A stretch of 60,204 nucleotides of DNA, the filler included. It is 4 parts of 4 records of this genome, joined end to end, with 100 filler letters (N's around TTAATTAATTAA, not from the genome) between each part and the next. Parts side by side here need not be neighbours in the genome. Positions count along the whole stretch, not along the records: positions 21,066 to 42,537 come from SRR31156797_3541; positions 42,638 to 55,058 come from SRR31156797_3559; 2 more parts are not named here. The stretch is one strand, 5' to 3'. Below the pieces are notes generated by a model. The model made no database searches. It was not told where the DNA came from and worked only from the letters and a program-made list of their open reading frames with translations. The translations under genes were made by a program, and so were the position numbers. Below, piece after piece: positions 42,431 through 51,147 of the stretch. The first letter of the stretch is position 1; every line of letters begins with the position of its first letter.

Positions 42431-42466
42431 AAGACGAATCAGCCTATTGGTTGATTCGTCTTTTTT
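42431..42466 (+). terminator. Intrinsic terminator
   Basis: AAGACGAATCAGCC-TATT-GGTTGATTCGTCTT followed by TTTT. Confidence 0.85.
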
Positions 42467-42537
42467 ATGTGTATAACCGCTGAGATGAGGGGAGAAGAAA
42501 GGACATCTTTTTTTGATGAGCGTTGCGTGCTTCGCAA

Positions 42538-42637
42538 NNNNNNNNNNNNNNNNNNNNNNNNNNNNNNNNNNNNNNNNNNNNTTAATTAATTAANNNNNNN
42601 NNNNNNNNNNNNNNNNNNNNNNNNNNNNNNNNNNNNN
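42538..42637. other. Artificial contig linker
   Basis: N44-TTAATTAATTAA-N44. Confidence 0.99.
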
Positions 42638-42728
42638 AAAATTAGAACCTTTGCATCGATTTTTGCGGTACTTTTTCTAAAAAAGTAGTAAGTAGAACAA
42701 TGCCAGTGACAATCCTCAATAAAACATA

Positions 42729-43892
42729 TTAAATTCTATTTTGTCTTGTATCAAAAACTCTCAATAAACTCTCTAAAACCTCTCTCTTATCTTCACTCTC
42801 TTCATAAATTAATCGTCCCTCAATCTCATCCCTGACTTGAAATAAAGCCACTTCACACTCATCTATAGCCACATCTAACTCTTTTTGAGTCAATCCACAA
42901 GTTTGAGTCCCAAATCTCTTTAAATACTTTTTATCCCACCACTTTTTACTTCCAAGTAATAATAATGCAGGAATATCATTTTTAATATATACTACAGTCG
43001 ATACCACATCATAAGCAGGAGCTAGTCTTATATTATCAATTCCATCATATATAAGTCCAAAATTCTTAAGATGTGCATCACCATTTTTCACTAGATAATT
43101 TATATAGATCATTTTAAAAAACTGTGTTATTGAAGATTTTTTATATTTCCTTGATACAAATATTTTAATATTTTTCACCACTTGTTCATAAGAGCCTTCA
43201 TATTTATCATCTCTTTGTTTCCCCATTAATACACACATATCTTCAAAACCAATATATTTATCTCCAACCTTATCAAAACGTTTCATAATAAAAAGCTTCT
43301 CATCATCCGAAATATAAAACTCTGGAACTTCTACTCCTGCACCTTGTACTATTTTCATACAATAGTATTCATTGAGAGCAAGCTCCTGATACTCATCTCC
43401 CCATGATTTTACTATATAGTCATCACATCTTAGAGTAGCTTTATCTTCTATTGTTGCTAAAATTTTTGGTTGTACCCCACTAAGCGCTGAATGAAGTGCA
43501 AATCTATTTACAAGTTCATCAAAAAGATCATCACTTTTTGGATGAAGTAATTGATCTAGTGTTAAATCACTTTTTATAAAATGGTGCTTTGATTCATAAG
43601 AAATTCTTCCTTTAATAGAACCTGCCATAATATTTAACAGTCCAAAATCATCTGTTTTGGTCAATTTTGAAAAATGTTTTTTTATAATAGAAAGTAAAAA
43701 TCCCTCAGGTAAGTGCATTTCAAAAATTGGATGAAGTTTTTTATATATAAAAGGTTTTTGTCGTACTGGCATAATTAAAGAGATATAACTCTCTTTATCT
43801 TCTACTTCATAAGAAAAAAGATACTCGTCATTTTCTTTAATAAGCTTTCCTATTTGCCTATCATCTACTTTTATATTTAGTCCATCAGCCAT
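42729..43892 (-). CDS. hipA: HipA family kinase toxin
   Basis: N-terminal coupling domain (ISLIMP..LHPIFEMHLPEG), SGVQPK, KRFD, GFED, NGDAHLKNFG, LAPAYD. Confidence 0.93.
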   Translation of the reverse strand: MADGLNIKVDDRQIGKLIKENDEYLFSYEVEDKESYISLIMPVRQKPFIYKKLHPIFEMHLPEGFLLSIIKKHFSKLTKTDDFGLLNIMAGSIKGRISYESKHHFIKSDLTLDQLLHPKSDDLFDELVNRFALHSALSGVQPKILATIEDKATLRCDDYIVKSWGDEYQELALNEYYCMKIVQGAGVEVPEFYISDDEKLFIMKRFDKVGDKYIGFEDMCVLMGKQRDDKYEGSYEQVVKNIKIFVSRKYKKSSITQFFKMIYINYLVKNGDAHLKNFGLIYDGIDNIRLAPAYDVVSTVVYIKNDIPALLLLGSKKWWDKKYLKRFGTQTCGLTQKELDVAIDECEVALFQVRDEIEGRLIYEESEDKREVLESLLRVFDTRQNRI

Positions 43893-44124
43893 TTACAATA
43901 TCCTCAAACACAGGAAAAAGAGCTTTTTCTTTTAAAACAAATTCATACCCCAAATAGTCTGCTATTTGTATCACTTTATTCAATCCAATTTCATGGCTAG
44001 TGCCATTTTCAAAATTACTAATAGTAGCTCTTGAGATATGTAAATCTTTACTCATAGTTTGTTGTGAAATATTTTTAACTTTTCGTAAACTTTTTAGTTC
44101 ACTTCCCAATTCATAAAAGTCCAT
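43885..44124 (-). CDS. hipB: HipB-like XRE antitoxin
   Basis: HTH LRKVKNISQQTMSKDLHISRATISNFENG; overlaps the hipA start by 8 nt. Confidence 0.88.
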   Translation of the reverse strand: MDFYELGSELKSLRKVKNISQQTMSKDLHISRATISNFENGTSHEIGLNKVIQIADYLGYEFVLKEKALFPVFEDIVNG

Positions 44125-44138
44125 TTAGTCTTCCATTT

Positions 44139-44197
44139 TGAATAATATATTAGTCATTATATTATATTTATATCTTATTGTCAAATATTTTAGTCAA
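44139..44197 (-). promoter_or_regulatory. hipBA promoter with two palindromic operators
   Basis: Minus strand TTGACA (44184-79), 17 bp, TATAAT (44161-56); TGAATAATATATTAGTCA (44139-56) and TGTCAAATATTTTAGTCA (44179-96). Confidence 0.7.
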
Positions 44198-44213
44198 TTA
44201 AATTTATAACAAT

Positions 44214-44244
44214 AAAAAAGCCCCATCAAAAAGATGAGGCTTTT
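44214..44244 (-). terminator. Intrinsic terminator ending the lsr-like cluster
   Basis: Minus strand AAAAGCCTCATC-loop-GATGGGGCTTTTTT. Confidence 0.8.
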
Positions 44245-44265
44245 CAAATAAGTTCTCTAAAGTTC

Positions 44266-44556
44266 TTATCCAAGAATCTCCAACTCCTCAGTATACTTAT
44301 CATCACAATAAGGCTCAAAAGAAGACTTATACACAGCATAATGCTCTGTTTGTTTATGCCCCTCTAAAGCCTCTTCACTCTCCCAAGACTCCACTGCGTA
44401 AAACTTTCTTTTATTCTCAATACACTGATAAATATCATAAAAAACTACACCAGGTTCTTTTTTAGAGGGTTCAACCATCGCTGTTAAAAGCTCTTTCATC
44501 TTCTCTTCACAACCCTCTTTTGCTATAAATGTTACTCTTTTTGTTATACTTGCCAT
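44266..44556 (-). CDS. ABM-family (antibiotic biosynthesis monooxygenase fold) protein, LsrG-like
   Basis: S..EPG..YD, FY..E.W, HKQTEHY (compare LsrG HKTTPHY); 96 aa; context downstream of lsrK. Confidence 0.75.
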   Translation of the reverse strand: MASITKRVTFIAKEGCEEKMKELLTAMVEPSKKEPGVVFYDIYQCIENKRKFYAVESWESEEALEGHKQTEHYAVYKSSFEPYCDDKYTEELEILG

Positions 44557-44574
44557 ACTTTTCCTTTTATAATT

Positions 44575-46191
44575 TTATAGATCTTCTTTTGGGATTCCAA
44601 AATAGTACCCTTGTGAATAATCGATCTCCAAGTCAATCACTTTATTAAATATCTCTTCACTACTTACATACTCAGCTACAGTTTTTATCCCCATCTCTTT
44701 TGCAAAAGAGACTATCGCTTTTACGATTGATTGGGAAGAGAGATCATAATCGATTTTTTCGATTAAACTTCCATCGATCTTAATAAAATCTGCTTTTAAT
44801 TTCATAAGATAGGTAAAGTTTGAATACCCACTTCCAAAATCATCTATTGCTATCTTACATCCTAGACTTTTAAGCTTGGAGATCACTTCAATGACTGTTT
44901 CATAGTTATTGATCTCTTCTGTTTCTGTTATCTCTAAAGTAGCTTGTTTGGCTAGTTTTGTATCTTGAAACACATCTAAAAGAAGATTGACTGTTTTTTC
45001 ATTTTCAAAGTCTTCTATTGAGAGATTGATAGAAAAGTCTAGATTATTATCTCGAAATTTTTCTACGGTATCTTCTAGGATCTTTTTTGTAAGGTATGAG
45101 TAGAGTTTCGTTTGTTTTGAGATAGTTAAAAAGTGAAATGGTGAGACAATATTACCATTTTCATCGATCAGTCTTACTAAAGATTCATACTTTTTATACT
45201 CCAGTGTTTTATTATCTACGATTGGTTGATAAAACGCTTTAAGTTTATTATCGAAGATCGCTTCATTTAATCTTTGGGTCCATAAAAGATTTTTTTCTAT
45301 CTCTTTTTGTAAGTTTATCTCTTTTGAATAGACTTGGAGTCTTTTTTTATTTGCTTTTGCATATTGGAGTGCTACATCTGCATATTGGTAGATCTTCTGT
45401 TTATTCTCATATCCTGCTAGACCACTTACTACATTTACGTAGATATGACTATTTGATATAGTGATAGGTTTTGAAGCGATATATTGAGTAAACTCTAAAA
45501 CAAGATTTTTTAACTTCTCTATTGGCTCTTGAGTTAAAATAGCAAAAATATCTATTGGCAATCTATAAAGGTGACAATCAAAATTTTCAGTAAAAGTTTG
45601 AAGCTCTTTACTAAGTATTTGTAAAAGTTTATCCCCTATCACATGTCCATAAAAATCATTGATATGTTTAAAGCTTGCTATATCTATAAGAGCAAGGTTA
45701 TGATCTACATCAAAATCTGTATCTTCAAGGAGTGCTGTTCTACTTTTTAGATGAGTCACTTCATCGATTCTTGCTTTTTCTAAAAGTTTTTGAGTCTCTA
45801 GTAGTTGAGTGATATTATTTCTAAGCCCTATATACTCTATGATCTCTCCAGCATCATCAACTATAGGGATGATCATAGTATCTACATAGTAGTATGAACC
45901 ATCTTTTGCTAGGTTTTTAACGATCCCTTTCCATACTTTTTTTGCCCGAATCGTCTGCCATAGCTCTTTAAATAATGTAGGGGGAGACTCAGGATGTCTA
46001 ATGATATTATGATTTTTTCCAAGAAGCTCTACTTTGGAGTATTTGGATATCTCTATAAACCGTTCATTTACATAAGTAATGACCCCTGATGGATCTGTTT
46101 TTGATACAATCATAGAAAGATCTACAGCATTTTTATATTGTTCTAAAAGTTGTTGTGGTGAAGCCTCGTGTTTGATCATGCAGTTATCCAA
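44575..46191 (-). CDS. PAS / degenerate GGDEF / EAL c-di-GMP phosphodiesterase
   Basis: Aer/NifL-like PAS (NHNIIRHP, LWQTI), GGDEF replaced by PIDIF, ESLVR, DDFGSGYS, KIDG, AEYV; start may be ATG 46179. Confidence 0.9.
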   Translation of the reverse strand: MDNCMIKHEASPQQLLEQYKNAVDLSMIVSKTDPSGVITYVNERFIEISKYSKVELLGKNHNIIRHPESPPTLFKELWQTIRAKKVWKGIVKNLAKDGSYYYVDTMIIPIVDDAGEIIEYIGLRNNITQLLETQKLLEKARIDEVTHLKSRTALLEDTDFDVDHNLALIDIASFKHINDFYGHVIGDKLLQILSKELQTFTENFDCHLYRLPIDIFAILTQEPIEKLKNLVLEFTQYIASKPITISNSHIYVNVVSGLAGYENKQKIYQYADVALQYAKANKKRLQVYSKEINLQKEIEKNLLWTQRLNEAIFDNKLKAFYQPIVDNKTLEYKKYESLVRLIDENGNIVSPFHFLTISKQTKLYSYLTKKILEDTVEKFRDNNLDFSINLSIEDFENEKTVNLLLDVFQDTKLAKQATLEITETEEINNYETVIEVISKLKSLGCKIAIDDFGSGYSNFTYLMKLKADFIKIDGSLIEKIDYDLSSQSIVKAIVSFAKEMGIKTVAEYVSSEEIFNKVIDLEIDYSQGYYFGIPKEDL

Positions 46192-46259
46192 ATTAATTTT
46201 AAATATTGTATTATTATTTGTTTGAAAAAGTTATAAAAACAACCCTTTTTAGGGTTATT

Positions 46260-47819
46260 TTACACTCCTGGAGCTTTCCACATAGAAGTGGTAAGTCCAT
46301 TGTCTACTAATTTTAGCTGTTCATTATATATCTCTTGCCATTTCTGCTTTATCTTTTTATATTCTTGATAGTTTTGCATATTTGGAAGATACTCTTTTTC
46401 CCATACTACTAGCTCCTTTGCTGCAGTTTGTAAAGAATCATATATCTTTGCTCCAACTCCTGCAGCCATCGCAGCTCCTAAAGCTGTCGCTTCAGTAACT
46501 TTTGGGATCTCTACTTTACATCCTGTTACATCTGCTAAGATTTGACACCAAAGCTTTCCTTTACTTGCTCCTCCTGCAAATACTATTTTATCAGTTTTTA
46601 TTCCAGAAAAAAACTCTATTTTTTTTAGATTAATATCACTTACAATCGCTGCATTTTCTTGTAAACTTCGAAACATACTCGCTTTATTGCATATATTTGG
46701 ATCAAGGCTTAAATTTATAAAGCTAGGACTTGCATGGTACCATTTTCCATACTTCATACTATCACTAAAAATAGGGATGATACCGTTTGATCCTACAGGA
46801 ATTTTACTCGCTTTTTCTTCCATAATCTCATATACATCACACCCTTTTTCTTTTGCTTCTAGTTTTTCAAGATCACAAAAAGCATCACGAAACCATCTCA
46901 TAATAAGTCCACTAAAAAAAGTGATCCCCTCAGCTTGAGAGAGCATAGGGATCACATGAGGATTGACTCGTATCTCCATATCTTTTGGAGGCAGTGTAGA
47001 GGAAGAGATATTGACAACTTGCTGCCAAAATGATCCACCTAAGATCGCCACATCACCAAGCCCGACTACTCCAAGCCCTGCACTTCCAAGCTGTACATCT
47101 CCACCACCTTGAACCACATGTGTAGAGCTATCCAGTCCACTTGAGTTATCACTTACCTTTGCGATCACTTCCCCTACTTCTAAAACCTCTGGAAAAATAT
47201 CCTCTTTTATCCCCACTTGTTTTGCCATAGAGCTTAGCCAGCCTCTATTTTCTAGAGAAAATATCCCTGAAGTTCCTCCATTACTTGGATCACTAGTGAG
47301 CTTTCCACACAATTTATATAGTACCCAATCACTGATCATAGAGATCTTGTCTATTTTTTCATAAAGTTCTGGTTTATTATTTTTTTGCCACAAGATTCTA
47401 GGAAGTGCTCCAAGAGCAAAGGTTTGCCCTGAGAGTTTATAAAACTCCTCTTCAATTTCGGGGAAATTTTCTTTTAAATACTTGACCTCTTTATCTGCTC
47501 TTGCATCTACATTTGCCACTGCAAAAAGCTCACATCCATCTTTATCATAAAGAACGATCCCCTCACGCATACTAGTAGAACTCACTGCTAAAATATCTTT
47601 TGGATCAATGTTTCCACTTTGAAGCGCTTCTTTTATACACTCTTTTGTTAGTTCCCAGTTTGTATCACAATCAAAGCTCATAGAGTTAGAAACCCCATCC
47701 TCTTCAATATGAGTCCACTCCCTTTGCCCTATAGATATTTGATCCCCTTTAGTATTAAAGATCACTGCTCTTATACTTCCAGTTCCTGCATCTAGTGCCA
47801 TCAAATATTTTTCCATCAC
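46260..47819 (-). CDS. lsrK: Autoinducer-2 kinase (FGGY family)
   Basis: YLMALDAGTGSIRAVIF, SMREGIVLY, ANVDARA, SGQTFALGALPR, GGSFWQQVVN, RVNPHVIP, GLTTSMWKAPG, segments I recall from enterobacterial LsrK. Confidence 0.92.
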   Translation of the reverse strand: MMEKYLMALDAGTGSIRAVIFNTKGDQISIGQREWTHIEEDGVSNSMSFDCDTNWELTKECIKEALQSGNIDPKDILAVSSTSMREGIVLYDKDGCELFAVANVDARADKEVKYLKENFPEIEEEFYKLSGQTFALGALPRILWQKNNKPELYEKIDKISMISDWVLYKLCGKLTSDPSNGGTSGIFSLENRGWLSSMAKQVGIKEDIFPEVLEVGEVIAKVSDNSSGLDSSTHVVQGGGDVQLGSAGLGVVGLGDVAILGGSFWQQVVNISSSTLPPKDMEIRVNPHVIPMLSQAEGITFFSGLIMRWFRDAFCDLEKLEAKEKGCDVYEIMEEKASKIPVGSNGIIPIFSDSMKYGKWYHASPSFINLSLDPNICNKASMFRSLQENAAIVSDINLKKIEFFSGIKTDKIVFAGGASKGKLWCQILADVTGCKVEIPKVTEATALGAAMAAGVGAKIYDSLQTAAKELVVWEKEYLPNMQNYQEYKKIKQKWQEIYNEQLKLVDNGLTTSMWKAPGV

Positions 47820-47825
47820 TGCTCC

Positions 47826-48434
47826 TTATTTTAGCTTTGGTAAAGTCCAATTGTATTTTCTAGCAACCACCCGTAATGCTACCCCTATACAAAATACCAT
47901 TAAAATTGTTGCAAAATTTAAGATCTGGGAAATATGTAAAAGATACATTAAAATAGCAATGATAATAGCAACAGTTCCATAAAAGTCTTTTGAGAGTACA
48001 AGAGGGACATGATTGATAAGTACATCTCTTATGATCCCTCCTCCCACTGCTGTAATAAATGAAAGAATGATCACTCCAAAAAAGTTTGCTCCCATCCCAA
48101 TAGCCACTAATGCTCCAGAGATACTAAAAGAGATAAGTCCAATGGAATCACTTAGGACAAAAAGCTCTTTTCGATCAAGATTCTCTTTATGATGAAGTTT
48201 TAAAGCCATTGCAAAAAGAAGGGTGAGAAGAACTATCAAAGGAAGAGTAGAGTCTACAAATGCATATGGAATCTCTCCAGCTATAGTATCTCGAATAATC
48301 CCTCCACCAAGAGCAGTCACAAAAGCCATTAAAAAAACACCAAGCATATCAAGCTCATGTTTTATAGATATCAAAAACCCACTCAAAGCAAAAGAGATGA
48401 TCCCAATAATATCTATAAAATAAAAGAGTTCCAT
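47826..48434 (-). CDS. TRIC / YadS (UPF0126) membrane protein
   Basis: Duplicated FALSG..TALGGGIIRD / FSISG..TAVGGGIIRD. Confidence 0.92.
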   Translation of the reverse strand: MELFYFIDIIGIISFALSGFLISIKHELDMLGVFLMAFVTALGGGIIRDTIAGEIPYAFVDSTLPLIVLLTLLFAMALKLHHKENLDRKELFVLSDSIGLISFSISGALVAIGMGANFFGVIILSFITAVGGGIIRDVLINHVPLVLSKDFYGTVAIIIAILMYLLHISQILNFATILMVFCIGVALRVVARKYNWTLPKLK

Positions 48435-48458
48435 ATATTTTTACTTTTTACTATTTTT

Positions 48459-49628
48459 CTACTTTTTTAACTTCGCTTGCTCAAGTTCCCAATATTCCAT
48501 ATCAAAACTATCTCTTAAAGAGATCGATTCATATCCACCAAGGAGATCAGATCGTAAAACAGCATTCATAGTATGCTCTATCACATCATTGATGATATTA
48601 GCCTCTTTCTCATTTTTTCCAAAAGAAACTACTCCATAGTTTTCTATTACAGCATAATTTGGAGCTGGATTTAACATCACCTCATCTTTTGCAAACATTT
48701 CAAAATATTCTATGTAATCCTTTTTATACTCTTCAAGTTTTGCTTTTATGTCATCCCCTTGTTTTATAATAAGTGGATGTCGTTTTGTTCGGATAATATG
48801 TTCTGGTGTTAAAACTCCACGTGTGAGCATTTCTGATTCAAGTGAAGCATAATAGAGTGCAAGTGGAGTTTGATTGATATTACAAACTATTTCACACCTT
48901 TTTTCTTTTTCCACTTCAGCTTTTAAGGTTTTTATATTAAACTCTTTTATTTCAATTGTTGGAAGTTCAAGATTTGCATATTGATCTAAAAACTCTTCTG
49001 CTAAACTTACCGCTTCTATCATCTTATCATACGATTTTTTCGCATCATCATCAAAAGTAAATATCCCATGATTATGTAAGATGATCCCCTCACACTTCTC
49101 CCAATCAAGATCTTTTAGCATCTCATAAATAGTATGAGCTAAGATAAATCCTGGCATCACATAAGGAACTATTAAAAAGTTTGGATAGATCTTTTTAATA
49201 TTTTCTATTCCATTGACATTATTCGAAATAGTCACCACTGCATCAGCATGGGTATGATCTACAAACTTAAAAGGAATGATTGCATGAAGTATCGCTTCAA
49301 CTGAAGGATTTGGTGCAGTTTTATGGATCATAGCTTCCCTCTGAGCTGCTACCATTTCACTATCACTAAGCTCTTCTACTTTTGCCATATCCTGAAGCAT
49401 AGTAAGCTCAACTGGAGCAAATCCCTCCTCTTTGATACTCACTAGATCCCATCCACTACCTTTTACAAATAAAATATCTTGTCCATCAACTTGAGACTTT
49501 ACAGAAGTATTTCCTCCACCATGAAGTACAAGTTCATCACTTCGTCCTAAAAGATTTGATGTATATACTCTTAGCTCTAAATCTGTTTTATAATGTTTTG
49601 ATTCTTCTTCAGTCCATAAGTTTTTCAT
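48459..49628 (-). CDS. Class II aldolase/adducin family protein (aldolase half of RhaEW/YuxG-type bifunctional enzymes, no SDR domain)
   Basis: GGGNTSVK, KGSG, PSVEAILH, HTHAD, HNHG, TPEH, ends FDMEYWELEQAKL. Confidence 0.88.
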   Translation of the reverse strand: MKNLWTEEESKHYKTDLELRVYTSNLLGRSDELVLHGGGNTSVKSQVDGQDILFVKGSGWDLVSIKEEGFAPVELTMLQDMAKVEELSDSEMVAAQREAMIHKTAPNPSVEAILHAIIPFKFVDHTHADAVVTISNNVNGIENIKKIYPNFLIVPYVMPGFILAHTIYEMLKDLDWEKCEGIILHNHGIFTFDDDAKKSYDKMIEAVSLAEEFLDQYANLELPTIEIKEFNIKTLKAEVEKEKRCEIVCNINQTPLALYYASLESEMLTRGVLTPEHIIRTKRHPLIIKQGDDIKAKLEEYKKDYIEYFEMFAKDEVMLNPAPNYAVIENYGVVSFGKNEKEANIINDVIEHTMNAVLRSDLLGGYESISLRDSFDMEYWELEQAKLKK

Positions 49629-49647
49629 TGATTATCCCTTTTTTATT

Positions 49648-51072
49648 TTAACTATTATCTTCTAAACTATCACTACTTAGTGCATTATCCACCAAGTTTG
49701 TATCAAGCTCTTTTTTTGGTTTGATATTTGATATCTTTTTTAACATCGTTGCTTGAGAGATAAGATTTCCTCTTCCATCACTCAGTTTTTTAAAAGCTTC
49801 ATTATATGTATCATTAGCTTTTGATATTGAATCTCCTACTTTTTTTAGATCCTCTACAAAACCATGAAACTTTTTATACAACTCTTCCGCTCTATAGTAC
49901 ACATCGCTGATACTTTGAGCTTGTCTCTCATATCTCCAAGTATTCTCTACGGCTCTGAGCGCTACTAAAAGAGTGGTAGGACTTACTAAGATGATCTTTT
50001 GTTTAAAAGCTTCATCATAAAGATTGATGTCATTTTCAAGGGCTAATAATAGTGCCCCTTCAATCGGCACGAACATAAAGATAAAATCTAAACTATTAAT
50101 AGTTTTTAGATTCTCATATTTTTTCTCACTTAGAGACTTTATATGATTTTTTAAAGCCATTATATGATTTTTTAAATGAAGTTGTTTCATCCCCTCATCT
50201 TCAGCTGAGACAAACTCATTATAACTATTTAATGAAGTTTTTGCATCAATAATAATATGTCTATCATCAGGTAAATTAATGATCACATCAGGACGAAAGC
50301 TTTTATCCTCTTCATCTTTAAGACTCACCTCTCTTTCATATTCATGTCCTCTACGAAGTCCAGAGCTTTCAAGCACTCGCTCTAGTACCATCTCACCCCA
50401 ATTTCCTTGAGTTTTCTTTTCACCTTTAAGCGCATTGGTAAGTTTAGTAGCATCTTCACTCATCTTAAGATTAAGCTCTTTTAATGTCTTTAGTTCATAT
50501 TGAAGTGCACTTCGCTCTTTTGCTTCTTTTTCATATACATCTTCTACTTTTTTCTTAAACTCACCAATTTGATTTTTCATAGGTGTTAAGATAAGCCCAA
50601 GGGATTCTTTATTTTGTTCACTAAACTTTTTACTATTTTCACTAAAGATCTTATTAGCAAGATTTTCAAACTCTACTTTTAGCTTCTCTTCACTATTTTG
50701 CAAGATTTGGATCTTCTCTTCAAAACTGTTTTTTTGCTCATCAAGTTTTGTTTGAAGAGTTGAGTTTATAGATTTATATTCGGAAAGTGTTTCATTTTGA
50801 TTTGCAAGAGTTGTTTGGAGTTTTTCTATCTGCGTTTTATACTCTAATTCTCTTTGTGTTTGAGTTATTTTTAGTTCATTAAAATACTCTTTTTGCTCAC
50901 TTAAAGTAGTTTGAGTAGTTACATTTTGTAGTTTAAGTTCATTTATCTCTTGCTCTTTTAGAGAAATTATCCCTTGAAACTCTTCTATTTTTTTTACAGC
51001 TACTCTTTGTCTATAGATAAGATATCCACTTAAAAGTGCTAAAGTTACACTTATAGCTATTGCTATTTCCAT
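49648..51072 (-). CDS. rmuC: DNA recombination protein RmuC
   Basis: N-terminal TM, coiled coil, QGNWGE..LERVLE.SGL, RPDVII..IIDAK, MFVPIE, SPTTL. Confidence 0.95.
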   Translation of the reverse strand: MEIAIAISVTLALLSGYLIYRQRVAVKKIEEFQGIISLKEQEINELKLQNVTTQTTLSEQKEYFNELKITQTQRELEYKTQIEKLQTTLANQNETLSEYKSINSTLQTKLDEQKNSFEEKIQILQNSEEKLKVEFENLANKIFSENSKKFSEQNKESLGLILTPMKNQIGEFKKKVEDVYEKEAKERSALQYELKTLKELNLKMSEDATKLTNALKGEKKTQGNWGEMVLERVLESSGLRRGHEYEREVSLKDEEDKSFRPDVIINLPDDRHIIIDAKTSLNSYNEFVSAEDEGMKQLHLKNHIMALKNHIKSLSEKKYENLKTINSLDFIFMFVPIEGALLLALENDINLYDEAFKQKIILVSPTTLLVALRAVENTWRYERQAQSISDVYYRAEELYKKFHGFVEDLKKVGDSISKANDTYNEAFKKLSDGRGNLISQATMLKKISNIKPKKELDTNLVDNALSSDSLEDNS

Positions 51073-51147
51073 GCCGATCCTTTGGTGATTTTAAAAGATT
51101 GTAACATATTCTTTTAAAGAGAAGAAAAATGATGGCAAAATGCCATC

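Noticed and set aside
42467-42537. Possible repeat or ncRNA start at the end of contig 2
   Set aside because: Too short and truncated; no recognisable structure
42669-42687. TACTTTTT-CTA-AAAAAGTA palindrome near the contig start
   Set aside because: Single AT-rich copy; cannot tell a terminator from a repeat fragment or chance
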